Source: an uncultured delta proteobacterium (GTDB taxonomy: Bacteria > Myxococcota > Myxococcia > Myxococcales > Anaeromyxobacteraceae). From it: a stretch of DNA of 64,000 nt. Positions within the stretch are counted from its first letter, which is position 1. Each line of letters begins with the position of its first letter. The notes beneath the pieces were generated by a model. The model saw only the letters and a list, made by a program, of their open reading frames with translations, was not told the DNA's origin and ran no database searches. This document shows, piece by piece, positions 8,725-22,845 of the stretch. The position numbers and the translations under genes are program-made. The stretch is taken from contig CAVOWI010000020.1 in NCBI GenBank assembly GCA_963700085.1, forward strand, positions 79,450-143,449. The letters are read 5' to 3'.

Positions 8725-10131
8725 TTACGCCTCGCTCGCTCGGACGCGGGCGACGGGCAGGCCCGTCCGGTACTCCTTCAGCCGGTACTGGACCTTCCGC
8801 ACCGAGACGCCGAGGACCTCGGCGGCTCGCGCCGTGGAGCCACCCACCGCGTCGAGCGTGCGCAGGATGGCCTCCCGCTCGATCTCGAAGAGGCTCGCCC
8901 CGGGGATGAGCGCGCTGCCGGTCCCCTCGTCGGGCCGGGCGCCTCTGAGCACCGTGGGCAGGTCGTCGATGCCCACCAGGTCGCCGGTGCAGGCCCTGGC
9001 TGCCCAGGCCATGGCGTTCTCGAGCTCCCGGACGTTGCCCGGCCACTCGTAGGCGAAGAGCGCGGAGAGCGTGCCTGGGGTGAGTCCCCGGAGGCTCTTT
9101 CCGAGCGCGCGGCCGTGGACGGCCAGGAAGTGCGCGGCCAGCGCCGGGAGGTCGCCCTTGCGGGCTCGCAACGGGGGCAACGCCAGGGACACCACGTTGA
9201 GCCGGTAGTAGAGGTCGTCGCGGAAGCGGCCGGCGCGGACCTCCTCGGCCAGGTCGAGCCGCGTGCAGGCCACCACCCGGACGTCCGCGCGCAGGGTCCG
9301 GCTCTCGCCCACCCGCTCGTACTCGCCCTGCTTCAATACTCGAAGGAGTTTCACCTGGAGTGACGGAGCGAGGCTGGCGACCTCATGGAGGTAGAGCGTG
9401 CCCCCGTCGGCGCGCTCGAGCAGCCCCTCCCGCCGGCGCGGGGCCTCGCCCGCCACGGTCCCGTCGCTGCCGAAGAGCCGGCCTTCGAGGAGCGTCTCGG
9501 AGAGCCCGGCGCATCCGGCGCGCACGAAGGGGCGGTCCCGGCGAGGCGAGGCCTCGTGGATCATCTCGGCCACGAAGGAGCGGCCGGAGCCGGCCTCTCC
9601 CTGGAGGAGGACGGTGGCCTTGGTGGGCGCCGCCCGCCGGATCACCTCGTCGATGGCCGAGGCCGCTGCCGCGTTCCCGACGAAGCGCAGCCGGGCGCGG
9701 GCCTGGTCGCGAAGCTCGCGGGCCTCCCGGCGAAGGCGCCGCTTCTCGAGCGCCCGCTCCACCACGACCCCTGTCCGCACCGGGTCGTCGGGCAGCACCA
9801 GGTAGGACTCGGCGCCGCTACGCAGGGCCTCGATCGCCACCCCGACGTTCTCCCGCCGGCAGGTCACGATGAAGGCCGCGTCCGATCCTGCGGCGCGGGC
9901 GAGCGACACCACCGCGGAGCAGCTCCAGCCGCTGGCCCGCGCGGCGCAGAGCACGCCGTCGACGGGGGCCCCCTTCATGATCTCGAGGCCGGCCTCGGCC
10001 GTGGCTGCCTCCACGACGTCGAAGCCTTCGGCACGCAGCGACAGGGCCAGCGTCGCCCGCTGGGCCGTGTCGGCGTCAAGAATGAGGATCCGCTCGGCTG
10101 CCACCAGGAGGCGCTGGTGCAATTCGCGCAC
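8725..10131 (-). CDS. NtrC/Fis-family (sigma-54 enhancer-binding-protein-like) regulator with degenerate receiver and AAA+ signature motifs
   Basis: Three-domain order: REC-like, AAA+ (…RFRDDLYYRLNV…, GNVRELEN) and a C-terminal Fis-type HTH (ARAAEVLGVSVRKVQYRLKEY). Walker A reads GEAGSGRS (K to R). Walker B reads GGTLYLHEV (D to H). The GAFTGA loop reads DGTVAGE. The receiver lacks the phospho-Asp (VDGVLCAARASG) and the conserved Lys (YLVLP). GTG start. Confidence 0.9.
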   Translation of the reverse strand: MRELHQRLLVAAERILILDADTAQRATLALSLRAEGFDVVEAATAEAGLEIMKGAPVDGVLCAARASGWSCSAVVSLARAAGSDAAFIVTCRRENVGVAIEALRSGAESYLVLPDDPVRTGVVVERALEKRRLRREARELRDQARARLRFVGNAAAASAIDEVIRRAAPTKATVLLQGEAGSGRSFVAEMIHEASPRRDRPFVRAGCAGLSETLLEGRLFGSDGTVAGEAPRRREGLLERADGGTLYLHEVASLAPSLQVKLLRVLKQGEYERVGESRTLRADVRVVACTRLDLAEEVRAGRFRDDLYYRLNVVSLALPPLRARKGDLPALAAHFLAVHGRALGKSLRGLTPGTLSALFAYEWPGNVRELENAMAWAARACTGDLVGIDDLPTVLRGARPDEGTGSALIPGASLFEIEREAILRTLDAVGGSTARAAEVLGVSVRKVQYRLKEYRTGLPVARVRASEA

Positions 10132-10336
10132 CGGGCGATTTCCGGCCCGGACGGGGTCCCGGGACGCAACGGTTGCGATCTTGCCTGATCTGGATCATTT
10201 CAAGCGCACCGCCCGGCGGCGAAGTCGAGGCGGACCTGGGGGTTCCGCCGACCTTGCCGCGATGACTCCCCGGCCATTTCGGGCCAGGGAGGCCGAATCG
10301 GCGCACCATCTGCGCCTGGCGATCGCCACGCCAGCC

Positions 10337-10768
10337 CTAATGCCCGCCCGGGTGCTCCGACTTCGTCGCAGGCGAGGTCCTCACCGGACCCGGCTCGGCC
10401 TGCATGGGCGGCGCGTCCTTCCGGAACGGAGCGTCCATCCAGGACTCGGAGTACGGGGGATTGGCGAAGGGGTAGCGGGTGGCGTTGTCGGCGAGCGTGA
10501 GCCCGATGAGGAGCGTCACCATGACCGCCGACACCACCAGCACCAGCCGGGCCACGCCCTTCTCCTCCCAGAGATGCATGAAGAAGATGGCCACCAGCGC
10601 GGCCTTGACGGTGGCGATCGAGAGCGCCACCACCACGCGCGCCGAGTAGGAGAGGTTGGTCTTCCAGACCGCGAGGGTCACCCCGGTCAGGACCATGAGG
10701 GCCACCCAGACGAGCACGTACTGCGCCGGACCGAGATGCTTTCCTTCACTGTGGGTGGTGGCGGTCAT
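10337..10768 (-). CDS. Cytochrome c oxidase subunit IV (small prokaryotic type) with C-terminal extension
   Basis: 143 aa, three TM helices. YVLVWVALMVLTGVTL...ALSIATVKAALVAIFFMHL is typical of bacterial CoxIV/CyoD-like subunits. Last gene of the cta cluster. Confidence 0.8.
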   Translation of the reverse strand: MTATTHSEGKHLGPAQYVLVWVALMVLTGVTLAVWKTNLSYSARVVVALSIATVKAALVAIFFMHLWEEKGVARLVLVVSAVMVTLLIGLTLADNATRYPFANPPYSESWMDAPFRKDAPPMQAEPGPVRTSPATKSEHPGGH

Positions 10769-10778
10769 GGGCGTCTCG

Positions 10779-11412
10779 TCAGACCAGGTAGAGCAGCGGA
10801 AAGAGGAAGATCCAGATCAGGTCGATGAGGTGCCAGTAGAGCCCGGAGAGCTCCACCGGCGTGGAGTAGCCAGGGCCGAAGTGACCGCGCGAGGCCCTCA
10901 CCGCCACCCAGGTGAGCAGCCCCATGCCGATGAGCACGTGCAGGCCGTGCAGGCCGGTCATGAGGAAGTAGACCGTGAAGTACATGCTCACGCCGGGGCC
11001 GGTCACGCCGGCGTAGTGGTAGAAGCGCCCGGGAAGCTGGCCGTCCTGGAAGTGGTGGTAGTACTCGAAGCCCTTCAGCACCATGAAGAGCGCGCCGAAG
11101 GCGATGGTGATGGCGAGCAGCCCCACCACCTTCCGGTTCTCGCCCTTGCGCGCGTGGTGGATGGCGAGCGCCACGGTGAGCGACGAGGTGATGAGGACCA
11201 CCGTGTTGGTGGCGCCCATCGTCACGTGCGCCAGCTTGCTCGCCTCCTCGAATCCCAGCGGGAAGAGGAACCGGTAGAGCCCGTAGGCCGTGAAGAGCAC
11301 CGCGAAGAGCAGGATCTCGGTGGAGAGGAAGAGCCACATGCCCATGCGGGCCGCGTGCTCCTGCGTCTTCATGTCCGGGAAGTGATGTGCGAGGCGGCCC
11401 TGGGCCGCGGCT

Positions 11413-11423
<11 letters not shown>
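10779..11423 (-). CDS. ctaE: Cytochrome c oxidase subunit III
   Basis: 214 aa. MGMWLFLSTEILLFAVLF..., YFLMTGLHGLHVLIG, LYWHLIDLIWIFLFPLLYL are classic CoxIII motifs. Confidence 0.92.
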
Positions 11424-13027
<1,604 letters not shown>

Positions 13028-13050
<23 letters not shown>

Positions 13051-14098
13051 AGATGGGACCCTTCTGCGGTTCGGCGGTCGGAGCGTCCGTCCGCAGGGAC
13101 TTGATGAACTCGGAGATGGCGGCGGCGTCGGGCGCGGAGAGCTTGCCCTGGTAGGTGGGCATGACCGGCTTGTAGCCGGCGACGACCTCGGCGTTGGGCT
13201 CCATCATGGAGCGGGTGAGATAGGCCTCGTCGGCGACCACCGTCTTCCCGCTCTCCAGCTTCACTGTCCGTCCGAAGAGGTCGCGCCAGGTGGGGCCGAT
13301 GTGCTGGGTGCCGTCCACGGTGTGGCACTTGAAACAGCCCTGCACGCCGGCGATGCGCTGACCCTGCTCGATGAGGCTGCCGCGCAGGTCGACCTCCTCG
13401 GCGGGGATGGGGCGGCCGTCCTGGGCCACCGGCTGGCTTCCGCGCCGCTGCTGCTCCATCCAGGCGTCCCACTCCTCGGCGGGCATGACCACCAGCTCGC
13501 CGAGCATGGACGAGTGTCCCAGGCCACAGTACTCGGCGCAGAAGATGGGGTAGCGCCCGGGCACGTTGGCGTTGAACCAGGCCTGGGTGTAGCGACCGGG
13601 CAGCGCGTCCTGCTTGAACCGCAGCGCCGGCACGAAGAACGAGTGGATCACGTCGCGCGAGGTGAGGAGCATCCGCACCGGGCGTCCGGCCGGGACCCGC
13701 AGCACGTCGGTGGAGTTGGGGCCGCCCGGGTAGGCGAACTTCCACATCCACTTCTTGCCCTGGACGTAGACGTCGATGGCCCCCTTGGGCGGGGTCTGCA
13801 GCTCCACGTACTGCGGGTAGCCGATGGCGAACCAGGTCAGGAAGAGGACCAGCGGCAGGCCGATGAAGACCGCCTCGTGGATGGGCTTGGGGTTGACGAT
13901 GGGGGTCGATTGCTCGTCCTCGCCCCGGCGCCGCTGGTAGCGGAGCACGAAGACCAGGCCGGTGGCCAGCGTGGCCCAGCCCCCGAGCATCGAGGCCACG
14001 AAGACGAAGTAGTGGAGGAAGTCGAGGTGGCGCGCCCAGTCGGACGCCTGCACCGGCAGGAAGAGCAGGTCGCGAAGGAAGTCGTTGAGAAGGTTCAT
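13028..14098 (-). CDS. ctaC: Cytochrome c oxidase subunit II with fused C-terminal cytochrome c domain (caa3-type)
   Basis: 356 aa, two N-terminal TM helices. CuA site FCAEYCGLGHSSM. C-terminal CFKCH heme domain. ATG 14098 overlaps the SCO1 stop (ATGA). The track ORF 13028..14905 is a read-through of two genes. Confidence 0.92.
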
Positions 14099-14905
14099 GG
14101 CTTGCCCCCCTTCGCCTCTCGCCGCCAGAAGACGAACAGCATGCTGGCCAGGCCGAAGAGAACGAGGAGGGCTCCGGCTCGCACGAGCCCCATCGCGTAC
14201 GGGACGTACTTCCGCGCCACCGGATCGTAGCGGTAGCAGGTGAGGAGGAACCGGTCGAAGCTGGTGCCCACCTTGCCCTCCCCGGCCTCCACGATCGCCA
14301 GCCGCAGGTCGCGGCCGGGGAACTCGATGCCGTAGAGGTAGCGGGAGACGCGCCCCTCCGTGCGTGAGGACCAGGATGGCCGCGCCGTGGGCGTACTGCT
14401 TCGTCTCCTCGTCGAACTTGTAGTGGAACCCGACCGCGTCGGTGACCGAGCGGATCTCCTTCTCCTGCCCGACCAGGAAGGGCCAGACCTCCTTGCGATC
14501 GGCCTTGTCGAAGGACTGGAGGTAGTGCTTCTGGCGCACGAACCCCTGCGCCGCCTTCTCGCGCGGGTCGAAGGAGATGGAGAGCGCGGTGAAGTCCTTG
14601 CCGAGCTCGAGCCCGGTCTCCTTCATGCCGCGGGCCATGCCTCCCAGGATCAGGCCGCAGAGCATGGGGCACTCGTAGTAGACGAGGGCCAGCACCACCG
14701 GCTTGCCCTGGCCCAGGAAGTCGGAGACGCGGACGGTCTTCCCGTCCTGGTCGAGGAAGGTCGCGCCGACCGGCACCTGGGCGTTGAGGCGCTCCTCGAT
14801 GTCGACGCCCTGCAGCGGCGCCGGGCCCTCGGGGTCGTCCTCTGCCCGGGTCGCGGCGGGGAAGCCCACCGCGAGCGCGAGCGCGACGGCGATGGCTCGC
14901 CTCAC
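14095..14905 (-). CDS. SCO1/SenC copper chaperone with C-terminal membrane anchor; frameshifted as assembled
   Basis: Thioredoxin-like CPMLC motif (LVYYECPMLCGLIL). The N-terminal 180 aa are in one frame up to ...AAILVLT. The continuation (P)EGRVSRYLYGIEFPGRDLRLAIVEAGEGKVGTSFDRFLLTCYRYDP... to stop 14095 is in the +1 frame. The span is 811 nt (1 mod 3). An extra base lies near 14358-14366 (acgcacgga where acgccgga would restore LTPEGRV). GTG start overlaps the upstream stop (GTGA). Confidence 0.8.
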
Positions 14906-15276
14906 GGACGCTCCCCCTTGGCCACGCGCGCCATGGCCTCCTCGACGGGAACGTGGATGAGCCCGGCCGGTCGATCGACCCAGCCCCAGCCGTGCAGCCG
15001 CTCGAGCTGGTTCCTCCGCCAGTCGGTGGGCTCGACCGAGAGCGAGAAGAGGCGCTGCTCGACGATGCCAATCTTGTTCATCCCGATCTCGGTGGGCGGC
15101 GCGGCCGGCCCGTCGGGAAGGACCTCGGCGCGGGTGCGGTCGTAGCCGAGCCGGATGGTGGCCCAGCTCGCCACCGCGAAGAAGAGCAGGGCGGCGACGC
15201 CCACCGCCAGGATGCGCGGTGTGCCGATGTGATCGGGCTCGGCCCGGACGACGTGATGGGGGCTCTGTTCGCTCAT
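14902..15276 (-). CDS. Single-pass membrane protein of unknown function encoded between actF and SCO1
   Basis: 124 aa. One TM helix ILAVGVAALLFFAVASWATI. High GC3. ATGA overlap with actF and GTGA overlap with SCO1 argue for real, coupled translation. I recognise no motif. Confidence 0.6.
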   Translation of the reverse strand: MSEQSPHHVVRAEPDHIGTPRILAVGVAALLFFAVASWATIRLGYDRTRAEVLPDGPAAPPTEIGMNKIGIVEQRLFSLSVEPTDWRRNQLERLHGWGWVDRPAGLIHVPVEEAMARVAKGERP

Positions 15277-16490
15277 TGCTGGGGCTCGTAGTGAAGGGAG
15301 TCGGCCAGGTAGGGATCGCGGGCCGGCAGGATGGGATTCCCCCGGAGGCGGGAGACCACCCAGGCCACGGAGATCCCGCCCACGCCCAGGAAGGCGGCCA
15401 GGTCCATCCAGCTGGGGCTCGGACCGCCCGGGGACAGGGTCGGCATCACCACCCAGTAGATGTCCACGTAGTGCACGGCCAGGATCCAGAAGGCCATGAG
15501 GACGAGCGGCTTCCAGCTGCGCTTCCGCTCCCGGGGCATGAGGATGAGGAAGGGCAGCACGAACTGGAAGAGCGCCAGGAAGATGCCGACTCCCTTCCAT
15601 CCGGTGTTGGTGCGGACGAGGTACCAGGGCACCTCCTCGGGGAGGTTGGCGATCCAGATGAGCAGGTACTGGGAGAAGGCGATGTAGGCCCAGAACGCGG
15701 TGAAGGCGAAGAGGTACTTGCCCATCGAGTGGATGTGGTTCGCGTTGATGGCGCTCCTGAGGGGCTCCTCCCGCGAGGCCGCGGCCGCCGCGATGATCCA
15801 CGCGGCGATGGCGGCCACCAGGCTTCCGGCGAACCAGTAGACGCCGAAGATGGTGGAGAAGAGGAAGGCCGAGAGCGACATCTGCCAGTCGAAGGCGGCG
15901 AAGGTGATGGCCAGCGCCACGAAGGGAAGGCCGCCGGCCCCGAGGCGGCGCATCTTCAGCTTCAGCTCCGGCGCGCCGCTGTGGTCCTGGGCGAGCGACC
16001 AGCCCCGCAGGAGCATGGCCACGCCCAGCCAGATCGCGAAGTAGACGACCGCCCGGATGAGGAAGAAGGGCACGTTCATCCAGGGGTGACGGTGCTCCCA
16101 GAGGTGGATGGCGAGCGGGCCCTCCCCGTGCGCCCAGGGCTGGAGGGGCGCGTGTATGGCGGCCATGGGGTTGACCCAGGGGAAGATGCTGCCCATGCCG
16201 AGCGCGATGGGAATGAAGAGCACGGCCAGCACGGTGAAGGCGGCCGGAATGGTCTCGAGCAGGCGCCGCACCACGATGTACCACCTGGAGTTGGCCGCCT
16301 CGTTGGCCATGAGGAAGACCATGGCGGCGGCGGCGATTCCCACCCAGTAGACGAAGGCGGCCAGGTAGGCGAAGAGGGCGCGACGCCCGTCGAACACCCC
16401 GCCCGCGGCGGTGGCGGCGAGGCCGATGACGCCCACGGCGGCGGCGCGGATCATCAAGGTCCTGCCCCCGGTGAAGGGCGCGGCGTTCAT
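15273..16490 (-). CDS. actF: Alternative complex III subunit ActF (NrfD-like membrane subunit paralog)
   Basis: 405 aa, polytopic. Position after actE, with ATGA overlaps on both sides. ...FSQYLLIWIANLPEEVPWY... is typical of ActC/ActF-type proteins. Confidence 0.8.
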   Translation of the reverse strand: MNAAPFTGGRTLMIRAAAVGVIGLAATAAGGVFDGRRALFAYLAAFVYWVGIAAAAMVFLMANEAANSRWYIVVRRLLETIPAAFTVLAVLFIPIALGMGSIFPWVNPMAAIHAPLQPWAHGEGPLAIHLWEHRHPWMNVPFFLIRAVVYFAIWLGVAMLLRGWSLAQDHSGAPELKLKMRRLGAGGLPFVALAITFAAFDWQMSLSAFLFSTIFGVYWFAGSLVAAIAAWIIAAAAASREEPLRSAINANHIHSMGKYLFAFTAFWAYIAFSQYLLIWIANLPEEVPWYLVRTNTGWKGVGIFLALFQFVLPFLILMPRERKRSWKPLVLMAFWILAVHYVDIYWVVMPTLSPGGPSPSWMDLAAFLGVGGISVAWVVSRLRGNPILPARDPYLADSLHYEPQQ

Positions 16491-17056
16491 CGGGTCTCCT
16501 TCTCGAGACGTCTGCGCACGTCGGGCGGGGCCTGATCGATGCGGGTGCGCTGGGAAAGCTGGAGCGCACGGACGTAGGCGACCACGGCCCAGCGCTCGTC
16601 CGTCCCCAGCCAGGGGCGGTAGGAGGGCATGTAGCCGTACCCGTCGGTGATGGCGGTGAAGAAGAAGCCGTCGGGGCGCTGCCAGCTCGCAATCAGGGAT
16701 GGCGGCGGCCGGATCGACATGTTGCGCGCCACCGGACCCTGGCCGTCGCCGAGCACGCCGTGGCACACCGCGCAGAAGACGTCGTAGCGCTTCTTCCCGA
16801 GCTCGAGCATCTCGGGGGTCAATGTCACCGGGATGAGCGAGAGCGGCGTGCCGTCGGGGTTGCGGCCGGTGGCCACCGCCGGCTCCACGACGGCGGAGGC
16901 AGCCTGGGTTCCGGCCGGCGGCGCCCGCATGCCGATCTGGTCGGAGAAGAAGACCGACTTCCTGTACGGCTTCACCTTGGGCTGCTGCAGCATGGGATTC
17001 ACCCAGTCGCAGCCCGCGACGAGGACGGCCAGCGCCAGGAGGGGAAGCGCCTTCAT
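16487..17056 (-). CDS. actE: Alternative complex III subunit ActE (monoheme cytochrome c lipoprotein)
   Basis: 189 aa. Lipobox LVAGC. Single CAVCH. ...FFFTAITDGYGYMPSY... is a conserved ActE-like segment. ATGA overlaps on both sides. Confidence 0.8.
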   Translation of the reverse strand: MKALPLLALAVLVAGCDWVNPMLQQPKVKPYRKSVFFSDQIGMRAPPAGTQAASAVVEPAVATGRNPDGTPLSLIPVTLTPEMLELGKKRYDVFCAVCHGVLGDGQGPVARNMSIRPPPSLIASWQRPDGFFFTAITDGYGYMPSYRPWLGTDERWAVVAYVRALQLSQRTRIDQAPPDVRRRLEKETR

Positions 17057-17583
17057 GCCTCCTCCGGGACCAGCTCGACCTGGGCGGCGCCGAGCTTGCG
17101 AAGCTCGTCGGACACCGAGGGGACCTGGTCGGCCTTCACCGACACCGACAGCCAGAGGGCGTCGATGGTGGCGGACCGGAAGGCCTCGACCTCGAAGAGC
17201 GGATCGTAGGGCTTCGGGAAGCGGAAGAGGGCCATGAGCCCGAAGAAGATCGAGGTGCCGGCCAGCAGCACGCCCAGCTCGAAGGTCACCGGCATCCAGG
17301 TGGGCGTGGGGACGACGCTCCGGTTGGCCACGTTGAGCGGGTAGTCGATGTCGTTCATCCACCACTGCATGAGCACTGCCGAGACCACGCCGACGAAGGC
17401 CGCCGCGCCGGCGATGAAGGGCACCGGCGAGCGCTTCAGGCGCAGCACCTCGTCCGAGCCCGGCAGGGGATACGGAGAATGGAAGTCGAGGGCGGAGTGA
17501 CCGGCGGCCTGCATGGCCCTGGCCGCCCCGTAGAGGGAGTCGACCGTCGGGTACTGCCCCAGGATCACGCGGGTGGCGCTCAT
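17053..17583 (-). CDS. actD: Alternative complex III subunit ActD (DUF3341-type membrane protein)
   Basis: 176 aa. Soluble N-domain plus two TM helices ([43 protein letters not shown]). ATGA overlaps with actC and actE. Confidence 0.85.
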   Translation of the reverse strand: MSATRVILGQYPTVDSLYGAARAMQAAGHSALDFHSPYPLPGSDEVLRLKRSPVPFIAGAAAFVGVVSAVLMQWWMNDIDYPLNVANRSVVPTPTWMPVTFELGVLLAGTSIFFGLMALFRFPKPYDPLFEVEAFRSATIDALWLSVSVKADQVPSVSDELRKLGAAQVELVPEEA

Positions 17584-18982
17584 GCGTGCTCCCCGGCGTG
17601 CGCTTTCTCGTGCTGCATCTCGTGATTCAGCTCCTTCACCTCGGCGACGGCCACCGAGGGCACGAAGCGGAGGAAGAGAAGGAAGAGGAGCGAGAAGAAG
17701 GAGAGCGTCCCGACGAAGATGCACCAGTCGACCCAGGTGGGCGCGTAGTTGCCCCAGGAGGACGGCAGGAAGTCGCGGCTCAGCGAGATCACGATGATGA
17801 CGAAGCGCTCGGCCCACATGCCCAGCCCCACCAGGATCGAGGCGACCCACAGCCAGGCCACGTTGGTGCGCGCCTTCTTCCACCAGAAGGTCTGGGGCAC
17901 GAGCACGTTGCAGGCCAGCATGATCCAGTAGATGGCCGCGTAGTGGCCGAAGGGGCGGGTCTTGAAGAAGAGGTAGGCCTCGTACGGGTTGCCGCAGTAC
18001 CAGGCGATGAAGTTCTCCATGAGGTAGCCGTAGCCCACGATCATGGAGGTCACGAGCATCACCTTGGCCATGTTCTCCAGGTGACGGTTGGTGATGACGT
18101 TCTCGAAGCGGAAGGCCTTGCGGGCCGGGATGACGAGGGTCAACACCATGGCGAAGCCGCCGAAGACGGCGCCGGCCACGAAGTAGGGCGGGAAGATGGT
18201 GGTGTGCCAGCCGGGCAGGAGCGACACGGCGAAGTCGAAGCTCACGATGGAGTGCACCGAGAGCACGAGCGGCGTGGAGATCCCGGCCAGGATCAGGTAG
18301 CCGATGCGGTAGTGCTGCCAGTGGCGCGAGGAGCCCTTCCAGCCCAGCGCGAAGATGCCGTAGGCGATGCGCTGCGACCTCTTCTTGGCGGTGTCGCGCA
18401 GGGTGGCCAGGTCGGGGATGAGCCCCAGGTACCAGAAGAGGAGCGAGATGGTGAAGTAGGTCGAGACCGCGAAGACGTCCCAGATGAGCGGGCTCTTGAA
18501 GTTGGGCCAGACGCCCATGGTGCTCGGGTACGGAAAGAGCCAGTAGATGGCGAACCAGGGGCGGCCCGTGTGCACCAGCGGGAACATGGCCGCCTGCATG
18601 ACCGCGAAGATGGTCATGGCCTCGGCGAAGCGGTTGATCGAGGTCCGCCACTTCTGCTGGAAGAGCAGCAGGATGGCGGAGATGAGCGTGCCGGCGTGGC
18701 CGATGCCGATCCACCAGACGAAGTTGATGATGTCGTAGGCCCAGCCCACCGGCTGGTTGTTGCCCCACATGCCGATGCCGCGGGCGATGGTGACGGTGAG
18801 TCCGAGGAAGAGCAGGCCCGTGCCCATGGCCGCCATCCCGACCATCATCTTCCAGGCCTGCGGCGTCGGCCCGAAGATGGGAGCCAGCAGCTCGGTGTTG
18901 AGCTGCGCGTCGCTGGGATGGCCGGCGATGAGCGGCATGGGGGCCAGCGGATCGGCGGGCACGGCGGCGGTCGCTGGAGGGG

Positions 18983-18986
<4 letters not shown>
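17580..18986 (-). CDS. actC: Alternative complex III subunit ActC (NrfD/PsrC-like quinol-binding membrane subunit)
   Basis: 468 aa. ...[38 protein letters not shown]...[16 protein letters not shown]... ATG 18986 overlaps the actB stop. It is the 3' part of the artefactual 1582-aa track ORF. Confidence 0.9.
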
Positions 18987-21925
<2,939 letters not shown>

Positions 21926-21929
<4 letters not shown>

Positions 21930-22585
21930 CGATGGCATGTCGTGCAGCTCACGCGGGAGTGGACGTCGTAGGTCTTCATGAGATCGGCGGCGAGGGTCTT
22001 CGCTGCCGCGGGGTCGTCGGGCGGCTGCCAGGTCATGCTGGTGATCTGGTCGCGCGGGCGCAGGTTGGGCGCCGGGTTGCGGTGGCACTCCAGGCACCAG
22101 CTCATCTGCAAGGACGCGACCTTGGTCACCGCCGGCATCTGGTCGATGCGACCGTGGCAGGAGACGCACCCGATCCCCTTGCTCACGTGGATCGAGTGGT
22201 TGAAGTAGGTGAAGTCGGGCAGCTGGTGGACCCGGTTCCATTCGATGGGCGCGCCGGTGAAGTAGCTTCGGCGCACCGGTTCGAGCTTCGGGCTCTTGTT
22301 CCAGATCTGCGCGTGGCAGTTGAGGCACATCTCGGTCGACGGGATGCCCGCCGATGCACCGCGCTCCGCGTTGAAGTGGCAGTAGCGGCAGTCGATGAGG
22401 TCGTCGACCACGTGGTGCCTGTGGTCGAACAGGATCGGCTGGGCGATCTCCTCCTGCAACCCCTGCGCGTACGGCGTTCGGAAGTAACCCCAGAGTCCGA
22501 GCAGTCCTCCACCGAGAACGGTGGCGACGAGGACGAGCGAGAAGCGGGCGAAGAAGTTCGCGGAAGGCTTGAAGATCGCGCTCAT
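21926..22585 (-). CDS. actA: Alternative complex III subunit ActA (membrane-anchored pentaheme cytochrome c)
   Basis: 219 aa. N-terminal TM anchor [21 protein letters not shown]. Five CxxCH motifs (CRYCH, CLNCH, CVSCH, CLECH, CTTCH). Confidence 0.9.
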
Positions 22586-22692
22586 TCCGGCACGGGCCTC
22601 CCAGGGGCGTGATCGGTCATCACGTCGTCGTCACTTCGGCAGGGTTGGAACAGATGTCGACTGCTTTGGTCAACTTCTATCGAGTTGACGTA

Positions 22693-22706
22693 TTGACGTG
22701 GGTCAA
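22693..22706. promoter_or_regulatory. Perfect CRP/FNR-family type palindrome TTGAC-N4-GTCAA upstream of actA
   Basis: ttgac gtgg gtcaa read at 22693-22706, about 110 nt upstream of the actA start (22585). It is embedded in an array of further half-sites: GTCAAC at 22669-22674, GTTGAC at 22684-22689, and TTGACGT repeated at 22685 and 22693. The regulator identity is unknown. Confidence 0.35.
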
Positions 22707-22717
22707 AACGATTTGAA

Positions 22718-22733
22718 ACACCCTTTTGGGTGT
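22718..22733. promoter_or_regulatory. Hairpin/palindrome ACACCC-TTTT-GGGTGT; its core CCCTTTTGGGT recurs 23 bp downstream (22744-22754)
   Basis: Read directly in the AT-rich actA / sigma-factor divergent spacer. Function unknown. Confidence 0.3.
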
Positions 22734-22845
22734 ATTTTTACATCCCTTTTGGGTATGGGTAATAGTTGACCCCTGAAAATGTTGAGATATTGAAGTCGGC
22801 TCGCTCCGGCCCGCTCCACGCTTGTCCCCGGCAAGGCGGCGGTCT

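Noticed and set aside
10132-10336. GGCGCA-ccatc-TGCGCC hairpin (about 10300-10316) after the oxidase subunit IV gene, as a terminator
   Set aside because: The stem is short (6 bp), with no U-tract and no supporting data. I cannot distinguish it from chance GC palindromes.
22718-22740. ACACCC-TTTT-GGGTGT hairpin followed by ATTTTTA, read as an intrinsic terminator
   Set aside because: No gene ends upstream of it on either strand; it lies between two divergent start codons. A protein-binding or 5'-leader role is more likely.
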